Made by a program: the position numbers and the translations under genes. A stretch of DNA of 64,000 bases, taken from NCBI RefSeq assembly GCF_021028975.2, contig NC_059425.1:55862001-55926000 (forward strand), in the 5' to 3' direction. The notes beneath the pieces were generated by a model. That model saw only the letters and a list, made by a program, of their open reading frames with translations. It had not been told where the DNA came from and ran no database searches. Numbering within the stretch: the stretch's first letter is position 1; each line of letters starts with the position of its first letter. The DNA comes from Sphaerodactylus townsendi (lineage: Eukaryota). Below, one piece after another: positions 37,625-50,213 of the stretch.

Positions 37625-38469
37625 AAACTCTCAGCAGCCAACAGAATACTCCTGCTAAAGTTGCTACCAGGGGCAGTCCCCATATTTCTTCGCCACAGCC
37701 TGCAGCTTGTGCTCCAGCTTATACGGGAGATCTTCCTCTTCCCACCAACACACCAACATCATCTGCTATCAAACCCCCAGCCACCAAGGCCTACTCACCA
37801 GCAAGGCAGAGGGAAGCCACTTCTGGCACTTCACCCAAATCAGCACGTTCTTCAATTATGTCCATCATGCAGTGGGTTACCAAGATTCCGAATTCATCTC
37901 CTCCCTTGAGTGAGAAAAAGACACTTTCTGCACGAAAAGCCCTGGCAGAGATTTCTCAGATTGTCCCTGGGGTCCCATTCACATCCAAATCCATACATTT
38001 GCATGTTGAGACACGAGCCAAGAGGAGACTGGAATCCAGCAAGGACAGTAATGCAAAACGGAAGTACCTCAAAAATTGCAACTGTGAGACTGATCTTGAC
38101 CAAGTGCCTAAAAAATCCAGGCTAGAACAGTATACTATGACTGAGAATTCAGAGCCTTATGCTGAAGATTGTCTGACTCTTAATGGACTAGTAAAGGCTA
38201 CTCAAAGTGAGAAGGAACCTTCCTCTTCTAAACTTCCATATTCTCCATCAGGCTTACCAAATCCCCCAGTTCCTTTCAAGATCTCTTGTGGTAGAGTGGC
38301 TGAAAAGGAAAATAGTTCTGCTGTTAAAAACTGGCTGTCTGCTCTGGGGGGCAAGCTGCGAACTAACGAATCTGGGAACCAGAGTACATCGAGCAGTATT
38401 GTTCACTCATCAGGGAATTGTAGCACAAGACGACAAGAACCGGGGGCAGGAACTGTTTCACCAACATCA
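37625..38469 (+). CDS. DTL: DTL coding exon 14 (large disordered C-terminal exon)
   Basis: 845-nt open frame containing AACAPAYTGDLPLPTNTPT, MSIMQWVT, KRRLESS, CNCETDL and KENSSAVKNWL. Acceptor TTCAG, donor GTAAGT. Confidence 0.95.
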
Positions 38470-38592
38470 GTAAGTAAATCAGGCATGGCTGCGGCATCCT
38501 TGGCAGGGGATGAGTTCTTGGGTCAAGTTGCTACATTATCCTTTGTTCGACAAAGAAACGGGGACGAGGGTGGGGCATTGTACAGTACAGAT

Positions 38593-38920
38593 CATACTAT
38601 AGAATCAGAGTTGGAAGAGACCAGAAGGGCCACCAAGTCCAACCCCCTGCCATGTAAGAATGTACAAAGTACCCTTGACAGATGGCCATCCAGCCTCTGT
38701 TTAAAAACCTCCAAAGGAGACTCCACCACTGTCCAAGGCTGTGTATTCTACTGTCAGGAAGTTCTTCCTAATGTTTAGGTGGAATCTCTTTTCCTACACC
38801 TTGAACTCATTACTCCTTGTCCTAGTCTCTGGAGCACCAAGCTTGCTCCCTCTTCAACATGAAATCCTTTCAAATATTTAAACATGGCTATCATGTCACA
38901 CCTTAACTTTCTCTTCTCCA
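38593..38920 (-). mobile_element. Older CR1 3' fragment, antisense, in DTL intron 14
   Basis: TAGAATCAGAGTTGGAAGAGACC...TCCAACCCCCTGC is a reverse CR1 3' end. The minus strand translates LEKRKLRCDMIAMFKYLKG, a CR1 ORF2 C-terminus. Confidence 0.85.
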
Positions 38921-40008
38921 GTATGTATTCAACCTGCTTCCAAATAGAGCTTTCAGGCACTATTGAAACCTCATTGAAATGTATAGTGTTGAGTCTTAAG
39001 GGGTCATGGTGAGAGTGAGTTTTCCTTTCCAAGTGCAGCCTTTTGTGACCTCTGAAAATACACTTCTGGGGACTCAGGAACAACCTGAGTTGTGCCCTGG
39101 AGGGCTGCTGCTACAAGAGGGAACTAGAATAAATGGCTTGGAAGAATTTGAGGAAGATGGTGGAGGTGCAATTTCTACCAATGCCTCTTTCTGACTGCTA
39201 TATTCTGTTCCCAAGCTTTGGTCTTTCCCTTCTGTCCCCTGTGGCTGAGAAGCAGCATAGTATCTCTTTACACCTGTTGTTACCTGACCTTCCTTTCCTG
39301 CTATCACACAGCAGGCCAAGTTGCATTGAGAATATAAAGCGCTATGAGCCTAGTTTAATGTGAATGAGAACATAGATGGGGTTGGTCATTTCAATGGTAG
39401 AAGGATAGTGTTGAGGAAAACTTGTTCTGGAGGACAAAAGTAACTAAAACATAAGCAAAACTAAGACTCCCATTTTCAACATAGTCCAGTTTGGAGTATC
39501 AGCTATTCATTGTACAGGTCTTTGAAAGTGTGTGAAACTGGGGGTGGGTGGGTTGTCTGTCTCAACAAAAGAGGTGAGTTCTGCTCCTAGAAGTGTTGTG
39601 ATAACATTTCTGAGTCAGCATATGAGTACCTCAGAGCTGCCCATGCCTTTATTCGAACAGCAGTAATTTGATATGACTGTGAAGCTAAATTCTACCATCA
39701 CCTGTTTTGTTTAAGCTTGTTGGCTGCACACACGTTAAGTGGTACAACTACGCTAACATATGCCGGATGGGAATTTCACTTGACATTTCCTGTCTGTTTT
39801 CACTAGTCAAGGGGTGCTTAAAATAGACAGATGTGAACAGTGAGAGGGTATGATGTTTTGGGATCATATTCAGAGGTGGTTGTAATACTAAATCCCAGTG
39901 TCATTTGGGGAGGAAGGAATGAAGACAATAGAGCATTTTCTGATCTAGACATTGAGATAAAATGAACTCCTAACTATACCTGACTTTATACTTGTTTTTT
40001 CCCACCAG

Positions 40009-40077
40009 CTTTCAACCACTTTTGTGTCCATGCGAAAGATAAGCACATACTTCCAGCGAAAGTCACAAGAAGTTTGA
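40009..40077 (+). CDS. DTL: DTL coding exon 15 (terminal, PIP box)
   Basis: LSTTFVSMRKISTYFQRKSQEV*. MRKISTYF matches the recalled CDT2 C-terminal PIP box. Strong pyrimidine tract and CCAG acceptor. Confidence 0.95.
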   Translation, partial: LSTTFVSMRKISTYFQRKSQEV

Positions 40078-40584
40078 ACCGTGTTCTGCATTTGCTTTGA
40101 TATACTTCATGCTACTGAAAGTGAATTGAGTCAACCATAGAGAAACCAGTGTTCTCAGACTTGAAAGTTTTATCCCCCTTGTTATTTTCAGTTTTTTAAA
40201 AATATGTTATCCATTGATTGCATTAAATTAGGTTAAACATTGGCTAATGGATTTGATTGCTCAATTTAATGTAAAATAACTGGTGAATTTTAAAGTGAAG
40301 TTCTACTAGTATTTTCTTCTCGTATTGTTTGTTCTTTAGAAACCACCATTAAGATCTGATGCTATAATACTTGCCTGTGTACGTTGTCATGACTTTTTGA
40401 AATCTTTTTGGTTTCAGAGTGGTATGGCACAGTTCTCATTCTGCTTTTGGTGAAATTGAATGGGTGAAGTGATTCCCAGATTATTCTGAGTTTGTCTTCA
40501 GTGAAAGAAGTGTCTCCATATGGTACAACACTGAGTTTACAAATGCTGCAAGTGATAGTATAAATGACACCCTGTTTGCTGGAA

Positions 40585-40590
40585 AATAAA
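40585..40590 (+). terminator. Probable DTL polyadenylation signal
   Basis: First AATAAA after the stop, about 510 nt downstream, followed by U-rich sequence. An ATTAAA lies at 40222. Confidence 0.6.
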
Positions 40591-41733
40591 GCTTCTTAAA
40601 ATTACTGTGACTTTTTCCCTTTATTTCTAATAGAACCAAGTGGAGAATCATATATAAAATAGGGAAATAACAGGAAAAGGTTTGATATTTGTGCCCTAAA
40701 ACCTCTGTTTACCTCTGTGTGCCCTCACGAGGCTGCAAGGTTCTGTTTGTGAGCATCCTTTGAAGGTGTGACCAAAATCAAGTATGTGCTACATACAACT
40801 CAGAGTGGTGGGGAAACAATATCATTACATGTGATGTGCTCATAAGGAGAACACTTTGACCTTGGCTAAGTCTTAACTGAGAACTCACAGCTCTTTTCCA
40901 CTTTCTCTGCTCCCTGATTTCAGCATTCCATGAGCAAATTGCAAGGTACTTTGCATAATAGTGCCAATGGATTATTTAAACAAGCTATGTGGTATCATTT
41001 CTGCTCCTTAAAAACCTCTTGGCATAGTAACTGCTTGACATGCATGAAAATATCTTCCTAGTTGGAACTGTTACTTAGCTTTGACTCTGACAACAAACAC
41101 AACCATCCATCAGGTTTCTCAAAAGAAAATCTAGCAGAAGCAGGTTATTCTTAATGTATACGTAAAAAAAACCGGAAAACTTTCATGGGGCATTATATCC
41201 AGTTTTAGGCATTAAGATTTAAGAAGAATTAATTCAGAATGATGCACAGAGAAGAAATTGCAAGTCTGTTTAGTGTACAAAGAGCTTTGTCCTATTTAGG
41301 GCCAAAGAAAATAAAATTGCACTCTGTTAAAATATTTGGTAGCTAAGGCTTGTATCCTGTGACATCTAGCCTCTTGAGCTTCTCACCAGCTGTCATGGAG
41401 GATTTCTTCTGCTGCGGTGCTTGCTTCTTCTGCCACTAGTACTTTCACATGCATACGACCAGTGTTTTTCATGCCCTCCCCCCACTTCAAGCAGAAGTGC
41501 CCAGTGGCTGAGGAAGCAAGTGCTGCAGCAGCCAGAGGGGAAGGAATGCAAGGAAAATATGTTAGGATCCAAATTAAGCATATTTTCCCATGGAACATTC
41601 TCTCTATAATTACACTTCTACTATTCAGTTTTATTTTTCTAATGCTGGGGTAGTTTAAGTAATCCATGTAACCTAACTTCATTTGTCATCTTTTAAACTG
41701 TTGGTACAGTTCTTAATATACAAAATGCAGTTA

Positions 41734-41932
41734 CTGTGTTTCTCCGAAAATAAGACAGTGTCTTATATTAATTTTTGCTCCCAAAGATGCGCTATGTCTT
41801 ATTTTCAGGGGATGTCTTATTTTTCCGTTCCACAGCTGCATGCTCTGGTGTTCTGTTCGACGGGCATGCTTCCAAACAAAAACTTTGCTACGTCTTATTC
41901 TCAGGGGATGTCTTATTTTCGGAGAAACAGGG
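41734..41932. mobile_element. Tc1/mariner-superfamily (Tc2-like) MITE
   Basis: 24-bp TIRs CTGTGTTTCTCCGAAAATAAGACA / TGTCTTATTTTCGGAGAAACAGGG flanked by TA on both sides. Internal repeated GTCTTAT motifs. Confidence 0.85.
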
Positions 41933-42531
41933 TACTGTTTCACTGCTGGGCATTGTGATATGATTGTTGCTCTTACTGATAGATCCATAGAGAGCTACTA
42001 GGTCAGTTGGGGTGGATAAATATACCGTGTGTGTCTCTAACAGAGAATGTTACAATCCAATTCTTTGCAGAATTGCTCCAGGATTAAATCAATAGGCTAA
42101 GAAGACTAAAGGAAACCTTCATGTCCAGAGATGTTAAATGTCTGAAAAATAGCATCAGTAGTAACATGAGAGGGATGTCTCAGCCTTTCAGCCCTGTTTG
42201 TTGGCTCTTCAGGCCACCACCAATGCCAAGGTGGGTAGAGGAGGAATGGGAGCTTATACTGGCGCACACACACCAGTGCCAGAGGCAGGAGGAGGAAGGA
42301 CTGAATGAGAGGTGATGAGTAGGACAGAGCACCGCTGTGTGTGGTAGTGATCAAACAAGACCAGCAGGGTGCTTCTACTTATGCTAAGTTATTACTAAGT
42401 TCCTACATTACTCAGTTATTACATTGCTAAGTCACAATGAAAAATAATGCAACAAGCTTTTTTTTTTCCCGAGGGGATACGCACCACCTCCTAAGATTTT
42501 TGGGATCTATATTCATTTCAATATATTTTCC

Positions 42532-43147
42532 TGTCAGTGTCCATGTATTGTACAGGTAGCGACTGTATAAGTTTTAGGGTCACTGTTCATGAGGTAAGTT
42601 TTGTGGTGCCCAAGGGAATTACTGAAATCACTGAGGCAGGATTAATATATAAACAACTAAGAAGATTTATTTAAATGCAAGTTGGGTTAAAACAACACAG
42701 ACCTCCAGGTAGACAAAGTAGAGACACATGAATGTGAACTTGATATTACTTCAGAGAATAGACTTTTTTATAAGACAGGCACAGACTTTTATTGACTAGC
42801 CATTGGGTTACATCCTTTCTCACGAGATTCCATCCGCTTCAGCTTGTCCTTTCCCCAGACTAAATGGTACAAGATCTGCTCATCACCAGAGATGGGTTTA
42901 ACAACTGCACTTTTCTCTCCCAGTGATTGAGCTGAACCACTCTGCCACTCTACCAGGCAGAGCTGCCATTCAATCTGCCTGCTTTTTCCTGAACCAGACC
43001 TGTGCTGTCACTGCTCTTTCTCTGAGGCAGAACTTATGATCTCATCTCCCTTCTTGAAAGTGCCTGGATGCTAGAGCAGCTCTCCTATGGGCTTGACTGA
43101 GGGGCTGACACTTCCTTCAGGGGCAGGACAGCCTCCTATCTGTCACA
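42532..43147 (-). mobile_element. Possible old solo LTR
   Basis: TGTCA...TGTCACA ends and AATAAA on the minus strand. No TSD found. Confidence 0.35.
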
Positions 43148-43312
43148 AATTGGGTTCAGTTTGATTTCCTGGGCATTGGAATAAACTATGTTGCAGTTAA
43201 CTGTTGGACTAGGACTGGGAAGACCTGATCTTGAATCCGTATTCAGACAGAAAATTTACAGTATCCGTATTCAGACAGAAAATTTAACCCCAACCTACTC
43301 AATAAATCTCAG

Positions 43313-44569
43313 CAAGGACGTAGGTAAGGGGGGGGGGGTCCTCGGGTTCAACCCCCCCCATTCATGTCCAAAGCTCCGCCCCTCCGTTTGTGGGTTTAAA
43401 AAACATTTTAGTGTTTTTTTCTGTTTTTGGCCTGTTTTTTCTGTTTTGGGGGGCGCATTGTTTAGGCTAGCAGCACCAAACTTTCAGGGATTGTTTGGGG
43501 GACTCTCCTGATGATACTACCCCGGTTTGGTGAGGTTTGGTTCAGGGGGTCCAAAGTTATGGACTCCCAAAGGGGGTGCCCCCATCCTCCATTGTTTCCA
43601 ATGGGAGCTAATAGAAGATGGGGGCTACACCTGAACCAGACTTCACCAAACCTGGATGGTATCATTAGGAGAGTCTCCTAAAGATACCCTGAAATTTTGG
43701 TGCACCTCTGACAGCAGGCACCCCCCAAATTTCCCCAGATTCTCCTTTTAAATCCATCTCCTTCGGCATGGATTTAAAGAGAGAATCTGAGGTCCTCAGT
43801 TTAGAAGAAGAAGAAGATTTTGGATTTATATCCCCCCTTTCTCTCCTGTAGGAGACTCAAAGGAGCTTACAATCTCCTTGCCCTTCCCCCCTCACAAACA
43901 CCCTGTGAGATGGGTGGGGCTGAGAGAACTCCAAAAAGCTGTGACTAGCCCAAGGTCACCCAGCTGGCGTGTGTGGGAGTGCACAGGCTAATCTGAATTC
44001 CCCAGATAAGCCTCCACAGCTCAAGTGGCAGAGCAGGGAATCAAACCCGATTCCTCCAGATTAGAACGCACCTGCTCTTAACCACTACGCCACATTGAAG
44101 TGATGCTGTTTCAGGGTGGGGGATAATCCACCCCAAAACAGCATAACTTTCAATGTTGTTTAACTAGGGACCCCAGATTCTCCCTTTACGGTGGATTTAA
44201 ACGGAGAATTTGGGCTCTCTAGTTTCAACACCATTGAAAGTGATGCTGTTTGGGGGTGGATTCCAGCATCACAATGGCTGCGGGGGCGGGGGGGGGCGCT
44301 CAGATTTTGCACCGGGCTCCATTTTTTCTCTGTCTCTGCCCAGAGGGGAGGGCAGAAGGAACTGCCGGCTGGGAGCCCAGCTGGTGGGGGGCAGGGGGGG
44401 CAGGGGAGGGCAGGGCAGGGGAGTCTGCGGTCCCCAGCCTCGGAGAGCTGCTTTTATAAGCGCTAGGCCAGGGGCGGGGCTTGGAGAGGCGTGGCCATGT
44501 CCTATGGGCGGATGGGGTATGGCCCACCCAACCCCCCCCCCCCCTAAAAAATCTATACCTACATCCCTG
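43313..44569. mobile_element. Non-autonomous hAT-type element with a nested SINE
   Basis: TIRs CAAGGACGTAGGTA / TACCTACATCCCTG. Exact 8-bp TSD AATCTCAG at 43305-43312 and 44570-44577. Confidence 0.9.
43803..44092 (-). mobile_element. Young tRNA-derived SINE (Squam3-like) nested in the hAT element
   Basis: Reverse complement of the 45573 SINE, with a (CTT)n tail. Confidence 0.88.
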
Positions 44570-45572
44570 AATCTCAGCCTTAAGCTATTTCAGCTTGGTG
44601 TCAGGATAAAGTATGAAAAGCAGTATGCATGTTGTGCTGAGAAAGGGCAGGATTGATGGTTCAAACTTGCCTCAGTATGGCAAATTGTTGGGACAGCTTT
44701 GATGCCCATTTCTATGAGTAAATCTGCTCTCTTGTATTGAATATCAAGAGGGCCTATGGCATCCAGTCTTTGAAGGTATGTAAATCTGAGCAACAAAAGA
44801 TCAGGGTCAGGTATAACTCAGTCCTTTACTATAAGGATTTTCCTTAACTGTTTTTGTGCATGCTATTTTAATTTTGACCTGCTGGGACTAGCACCAGGCC
44901 TTCTTTTAAAGTATGGTGCAGCAGGTTTATACTGTATATCTTCTCCACATATATGACTTCAAGCAGCTATGTTTTGTTGAAAGGGAATAAGGAAATATTG
45001 CCACACTTCTAAGAAACTCCCATCCTAAATTATCTAAACATAATACTTATTCCTTGTTTCAGATTTCTGCAATCCTAATCTTATTACATTGCTTATTAGA
45101 TGTCTCTTTATCTATTGATTAAATTGATTTACATCATGTAGTTGACCTTGAGTCTCAGTGAGAAAGGAAGAACTGTAAATAAAATCAATCTGAAATAGGC
45201 ATATGTTGCTATAATTCATTATGTTATTATCTGGAAAATCCTGGTCTGAGTCCTCATTGTGTCATGGAAGTTTGCTGGGTGCCCTTGGGCCGGTCACATT
45301 ATCAGGGTTGTTTTGAGGATAAAATGGAGGAGGAAAGAGCAAAGTAACAGAAAAAAGACAGGATATAAATAAAGTAAATAATTAACAAAACAGCTGCTCT
45401 AGGGGCCTACTGTCTATCTGATGTGGGCAAGGGGATTTTCTGCCCATAGACCAGCTTTCAAACAGCCCCCACTTTTAAACAAAATAAAAGATCTCTGAAG
45501 ATCTAAATAAAAGAAATGATCAAGCATAAGTTCTTTAAAGCTAGGAGAAGGTTGTTAATCAGGGCAAATAAA

Positions 45573-45870
45573 GGAGCAGCAATGGCGTAGGAGGTTAAGA
45601 GCTTGTGTATCTAATCTGGAGGAACCGGGTTTGATTCCCAGCTCTGCCGCCTGAGCTGTGGAGGCTTATCTGGGGAATTCAGATTAGCCTGTACACTCCC
45701 ACACACGCCAGCTGGGTGACCTTGGGCTAGTCACAGCTTCTTGGAGCTCTCCCAGCCCCACCCACCTCACAGGGTGTTTGTTGTGAGGGGGGAAGGACAA
45801 GGAGATTGTAAGCCCCTTTGAGTCTCCTACAGGAGAGAAAGGGGGGATATAAATCCAAACTCTTCTTCTT
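45573..45870 (+). mobile_element. Young tRNA-derived SINE (Squam3-like)
   Basis: A box TGGCGTAGGAGG, B box GGTTTGATTCC, CORE-like GGGTGACCTTGGGCTAGTCAC, tail AAATCCAAACTCTTCTTCTT. Confidence 0.88.
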
Positions 45871-46589
45871 TCCCAATGTAAGTTAAAACAATTTATGCTA
45901 GAGCAAAAATAAGTAAAAGAATCCAAAATCCAGCAGTGCATAATGTCCCTCCAAGTACAGCAGTATGTGTGTGGTATTTCTGAATTGAGGCAATCTTACA
46001 TGAACCCATGAAGCTGCCTTATACTGAATCAGACAATTGGTCCCCCAAGGTGAGTACTTAAACTGGTTGTGGTCTCAGGTGGAGGTCTTTCATAACACCC
46101 ACAACTTAAAATCCTTTCACTAGAGACGCAATAGACAGAACCTTGGACCTTCTGCATACAAGGCAGGTGCTCTACCATTGAGCCACAACCCCTCCCAACA
46201 TCTCCTTTGAGGAATGTAGTCCCACCAGCCTGGGGAGAACACCTTGTGAACAAATCCATATAGCTCCCCCCCCCCCACCTCTTGCACTATTTACATGTTC
46301 CATAATTTCTGCAAAACCTGTAGGACCAGGTTCATTCACTGCTGGCAGTGAAGTTTTACACTCTGTTTAACAATCATTTGACTACGACTGCAAATTCAAT
46401 ATTGCTGATCACACATAAGTTCTTTAAAGCTAGGAGAAGGTTGTTAATCAGGGCAAATAAAGAATAATAGGGTTATTGTGACCTGAAGCACAAAAAGACA
46501 GGGCTCCAGAGGCAGTTGTATTTGGATGGCAGGTGGAATGTGAGTGTGTTGAGTCAGTGTGGTGCAGTATAAAGCATATGGGACTCAAG

Positions 46590-47105
46590 TAATACTCCCC
46601 TCGGACACACGATCCGCTCAGTGGTCATGTTCTTCCTTGTCCTGACTGGTGTGTTTTAAATTTTTTCATGGCAGCCACATGGTGACATCACTATGTCACA
46701 ATGTGGTGCCGCCGGGCATTTTCATTGGCTATTGGGTCAGAGCGGGAACATTACTCTGCTACTGATTAATAATTCATAATTCTTATTTTTGCTTTAACAT
46801 TCCAACGTGGGTACCTATGAACAATATTTGCTGAACGTCTGGACATGTGCACGTTTACACATCCGCTTGTGCCCACGTGTCCACATGTCCTAGTTTCCAC
46901 GTGGCTACGGCCAGCACGGCAAAAAAAAAAAGGCTGCGCGCGCATCGCACACAGCTCACTGCGGGCTGATTGGCTGGAAAGCTGGCGCATCACTCCCAAC
47001 GGCGCGAAAACAAACACACATTCGACTCCTGTCCCTCCCCTTGGATATGAGTTCGGTGTGTGTTTTTTCAAGTCCAGGAAAAACCCGTGATGAGGGGTGG
47101 AATTA
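46590..47105. mobile_element. CpG-rich non-autonomous DNA element (possibly Crypton-like) interrupting an old SINE
   Basis: Imperfect terminal inverted ends TAATACTCCCCTC / GAGGGGTGGAATTA. CpG-rich interior. Old SINE halves at about 46551-46589 and 47245-47380. Confidence 0.45.
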
Positions 47106-48071
47106 GCAACAGAACCAGGATGAAGACGGGTTCGGCATGTAAGTGGTGGGGAGCCCTTGCTCCAACTGTGTATTTTGGTGTGAATAGCACACTTTTATTG
47201 ACGGTGGGGATTCGGCTGGACAGGACCAAATGGAGGAGGAGAAAATACTGACTTTGGATCAGTCATACATGTTCAACCTTATCTCACAGCATTGTTGTGA
47301 GGATACAATGGAGAAAAGGAAAATATTGTAAGTCCCCTTGGGTTCCCATTGGTGGGGTATAAATAAATACATAAATACATACTTGGAGGGTTGGTAGGAC
47401 AAAAATGGATTATTTTTCTTTACCTACCTCTACAGAAGGAATTGTAGATGCAGAAATTCCCTCTTTTTCTATATAAAAGGGACAGTAGGGATTCAAACCT
47501 GGATCTTCCCAGTCCAATGCCCCCAAGCCCGCTTTACTACACTCACGGGCTTTTGCTTTTCTACTTCAACCCTCCTCTCCAGAACTATTTGTGTCCAGAA
47601 AAAGCAGCTATTTCAATAGATGTGTTTGTGCAAGTCTAACATGTAGTTTGGCATTGCTCTTCAGCGTTAAAACAGTTCCTTTGACATTTGACCTAGAACT
47701 TTTGGAATTATGCTGTTTATTCAATTTATCATGTGTGTTAAAACATTCCCAGTACTAAATATAGGCTGGCATAATAAAAGCTACACTATTGAAAAGAGGA
47801 TGCATTTGTGCCTTGGACTACGTTAATTTGTTTCCTCAGCTTTCATATTTGGTTGAGAATTATACCAATTTTTTACTTTTGAGCAACACCCAAGCAGACA
47901 TATGTAAGCATTACTTAGTCCATTTATTATCCTAGCCTCCCTCTAAGAAGCTTAGAATAGCTCCATCAATCTCCCCTCCTCCATTTTGCCCCCAAAGCAA
48001 ACCTGTGAAAAAGGTTAGACTGAGAATATGTGACCAGCTCAAGGTCTCACAGCAAATTTCATGGTAAAGCA

Positions 48072-48863
48072 AGTGATGCTGGAATCCACTCCAAAACAGC
48101 ATCATTTTCAATGGTGTTTAAACTAGGGAGCCCAGATTCTCCTTTTAAATCCACCTTAAAGGGAGAATCTGGGATCCCCAGTTTAAACAACATTGAAAGT
48201 GATGCTATTTTGGGGTTGATTCTCCCCCACCCTGAAACAGCATCACTTTCAATGTTTAAACTGGGGACCTCAGATTCTCCCTTTAAATCCATGCCGAAGG
48301 GGGTGGATTTAATAATAATAATAACCTTTATTAGGCATTGAGAGAATAAAAGAAAGAAAACAAGTACTTTACAGCAGGGAAGGGGGGGGATTTAAAAGGG
48401 AGAGATCTATACAAAATTTAGAGGGGTGCCTGCTAACGTCAGAAAGTGCAATTATTAAGATAGCAGCACCAAAATTTCAGAGTATCTTTAGGAGATACTC
48501 CTGATGATTTCATCCAAGTTTGGTGATGTTTGGTTCGGAGGGTCCAAAGTTATGGACCCTCAAAGGTGTAGCTCCCATCTCCTATTAGCTCCCATTGGAA
48601 ACAATGGGGGATGGCGGCACTCCCTTTGGGAGTCCATAACTTTGGACTCCCTGAACCAAACCTCACCAAACCTTGGGTGGTATCATCAGTAGAGTCTCCC
48701 AACAAATCCCTGAAATTTTGGTGCTGCTAGCCTGCAGGCCAAAAATGGAAAAAACACTAAAAATACCAAAACAACACAAACAAACCTGCATTTTTGGTGC
48801 CAGCCATAAGGGAGGCACCTGGGGGCAAATGGCCTCCTTTGTCCATAGGCAGATACGTCACTG
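48072..48863. mobile_element. Truncated non-autonomous hAT-type element sharing internal modules with 43313-44569 (inverted)
   Basis: Reverse-complement match to 43460-44270. Right end GATACGTCACTG is TIR-like. Confidence 0.75.
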
Positions 48864-49620
48864 ATTTTATGTAACCACCAACTTACTCAAGTACAGCCCC
48901 TAAAATATCTGTCAACTCCCAGAGTCTCTTGTAATGAATAACTCTGAGATCAATGGCAAGTAGCACAGAATTCTGGATAATGGAGGTGTCATTACCTAAC
49001 ACCATCATTTCCTGTAAATTGTAGAAAATATGGAAGAATTGGGGAAACTTCTAACAATGCTACCAAACCCTTGAAATCTGGTCCCACTGCCAACTTTTGT
49101 CAAGACTCAGGAGCCGTGACATTTTGAGTTTTTGCTACACAGTTCCAGTGCTCTGTGATGAGGCATTTGTAAAGCACTTTGAGCAACAGTCAGAAATATT
49201 AATGTGAGCATAGAGGAACATATTTTACAGCCAAAACAAGTTCCTCTCCCCCACACAAAAAGACATTTTCTTTTATCTGAGGCCTCTCTCAGTTTCCAGC
49301 ACACTTTCTGCTTGTTGCCAGGCGACGGCATTAGTACTGTTGTGAACAAATGTTATGCAACCACAACGGTTCTGCTTTTCCTATTAAGGGACTGCACACC
49401 TTGGCCAAAAATGAAACGTCTCCTTTCCCTGAGCACCCCTAGAAGAAGATATCCAGTCCAAGTATATTTTTAAAATGGAAATTACTGAAAAAATTGCCTT
49501 GTGACAGGTTTCTTCTCATGTCAGGGTATGGAATCAGCCAAGCCTTTTCTACTGATCTGAGATTTCTGCAAGGTCCTTACTATAGCACTGTAATGGCCTC
49601 CACTCCTCTACTATCTCAAA

Positions 49621-49960
49621 AGAAGAAGATTAGAGTTTGGATTTATACCTTGCTTTTCTTAACTGTAAGAAGTCTCAAAGCAGCTTACAAACTCTTTCCC
49701 TTTCTCTCCCTACAAATGACGCCGGTAGGTGGAGCTTAGAGAGTTCTGAGAAAACTGTGACTAGCCCAGCATCACACAGCAGCCTTCATGTGTAGGAGTA
49801 GGGGAACAAATCTGGTTCACCAGATTCGTGTCCACCACTCATGTGGAAGAATGGGGAATAAAACAAATCTGGTTCACCAGATTAGTGTCCACCACTCGTG
49901 TGGAAGAATGGGGAATAAAACCCGGTCCTCCAGATTAGAGTCCATTGCTCTTAACTCCTA
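49621..49960 (-). mobile_element. Squam3-like SINE with an internal tandem duplication of about 56 bp
   Basis: Same tail and CORE as the 43803 copy. AACAAATCTGGTTCACCAGATT...GGAATA duplicated at 49806-49917. Confidence 0.8.
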
Positions 49961-50213
49961 CAACTCCTAGAACTTCTTATATAGCCATACTACAAGAAAT
50001 GTAGGACTGTACCTTTTTGTATGTTTTTTTTGTGGGGTCTTTTTGATCAACTCATTTTCATTGCTGGTATGTTCAGTTGCTTTATTTCTTTTATGCCAGT
50101 TCAATGCCATTGATAAAGAATGGATACCAAAATAACATTTTAAAACATATTACTTTTGACAGGAAAAAATTGGCACAAGGAAAGGGTTTTTTTTTAAAAA
50201 AAATTTATGAGCC

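Noticed and set aside
37858-38778. 306-aa ORF as a standalone gene
   Set aside because: It is the 3' part of DTL exon 14 plus intronic read-through.
653-40077. U12-type or non-canonical introns in INTS7/DTL
   Set aside because: All junctions identified are GT-AG and none has the RTATCCTT minor-class donor.
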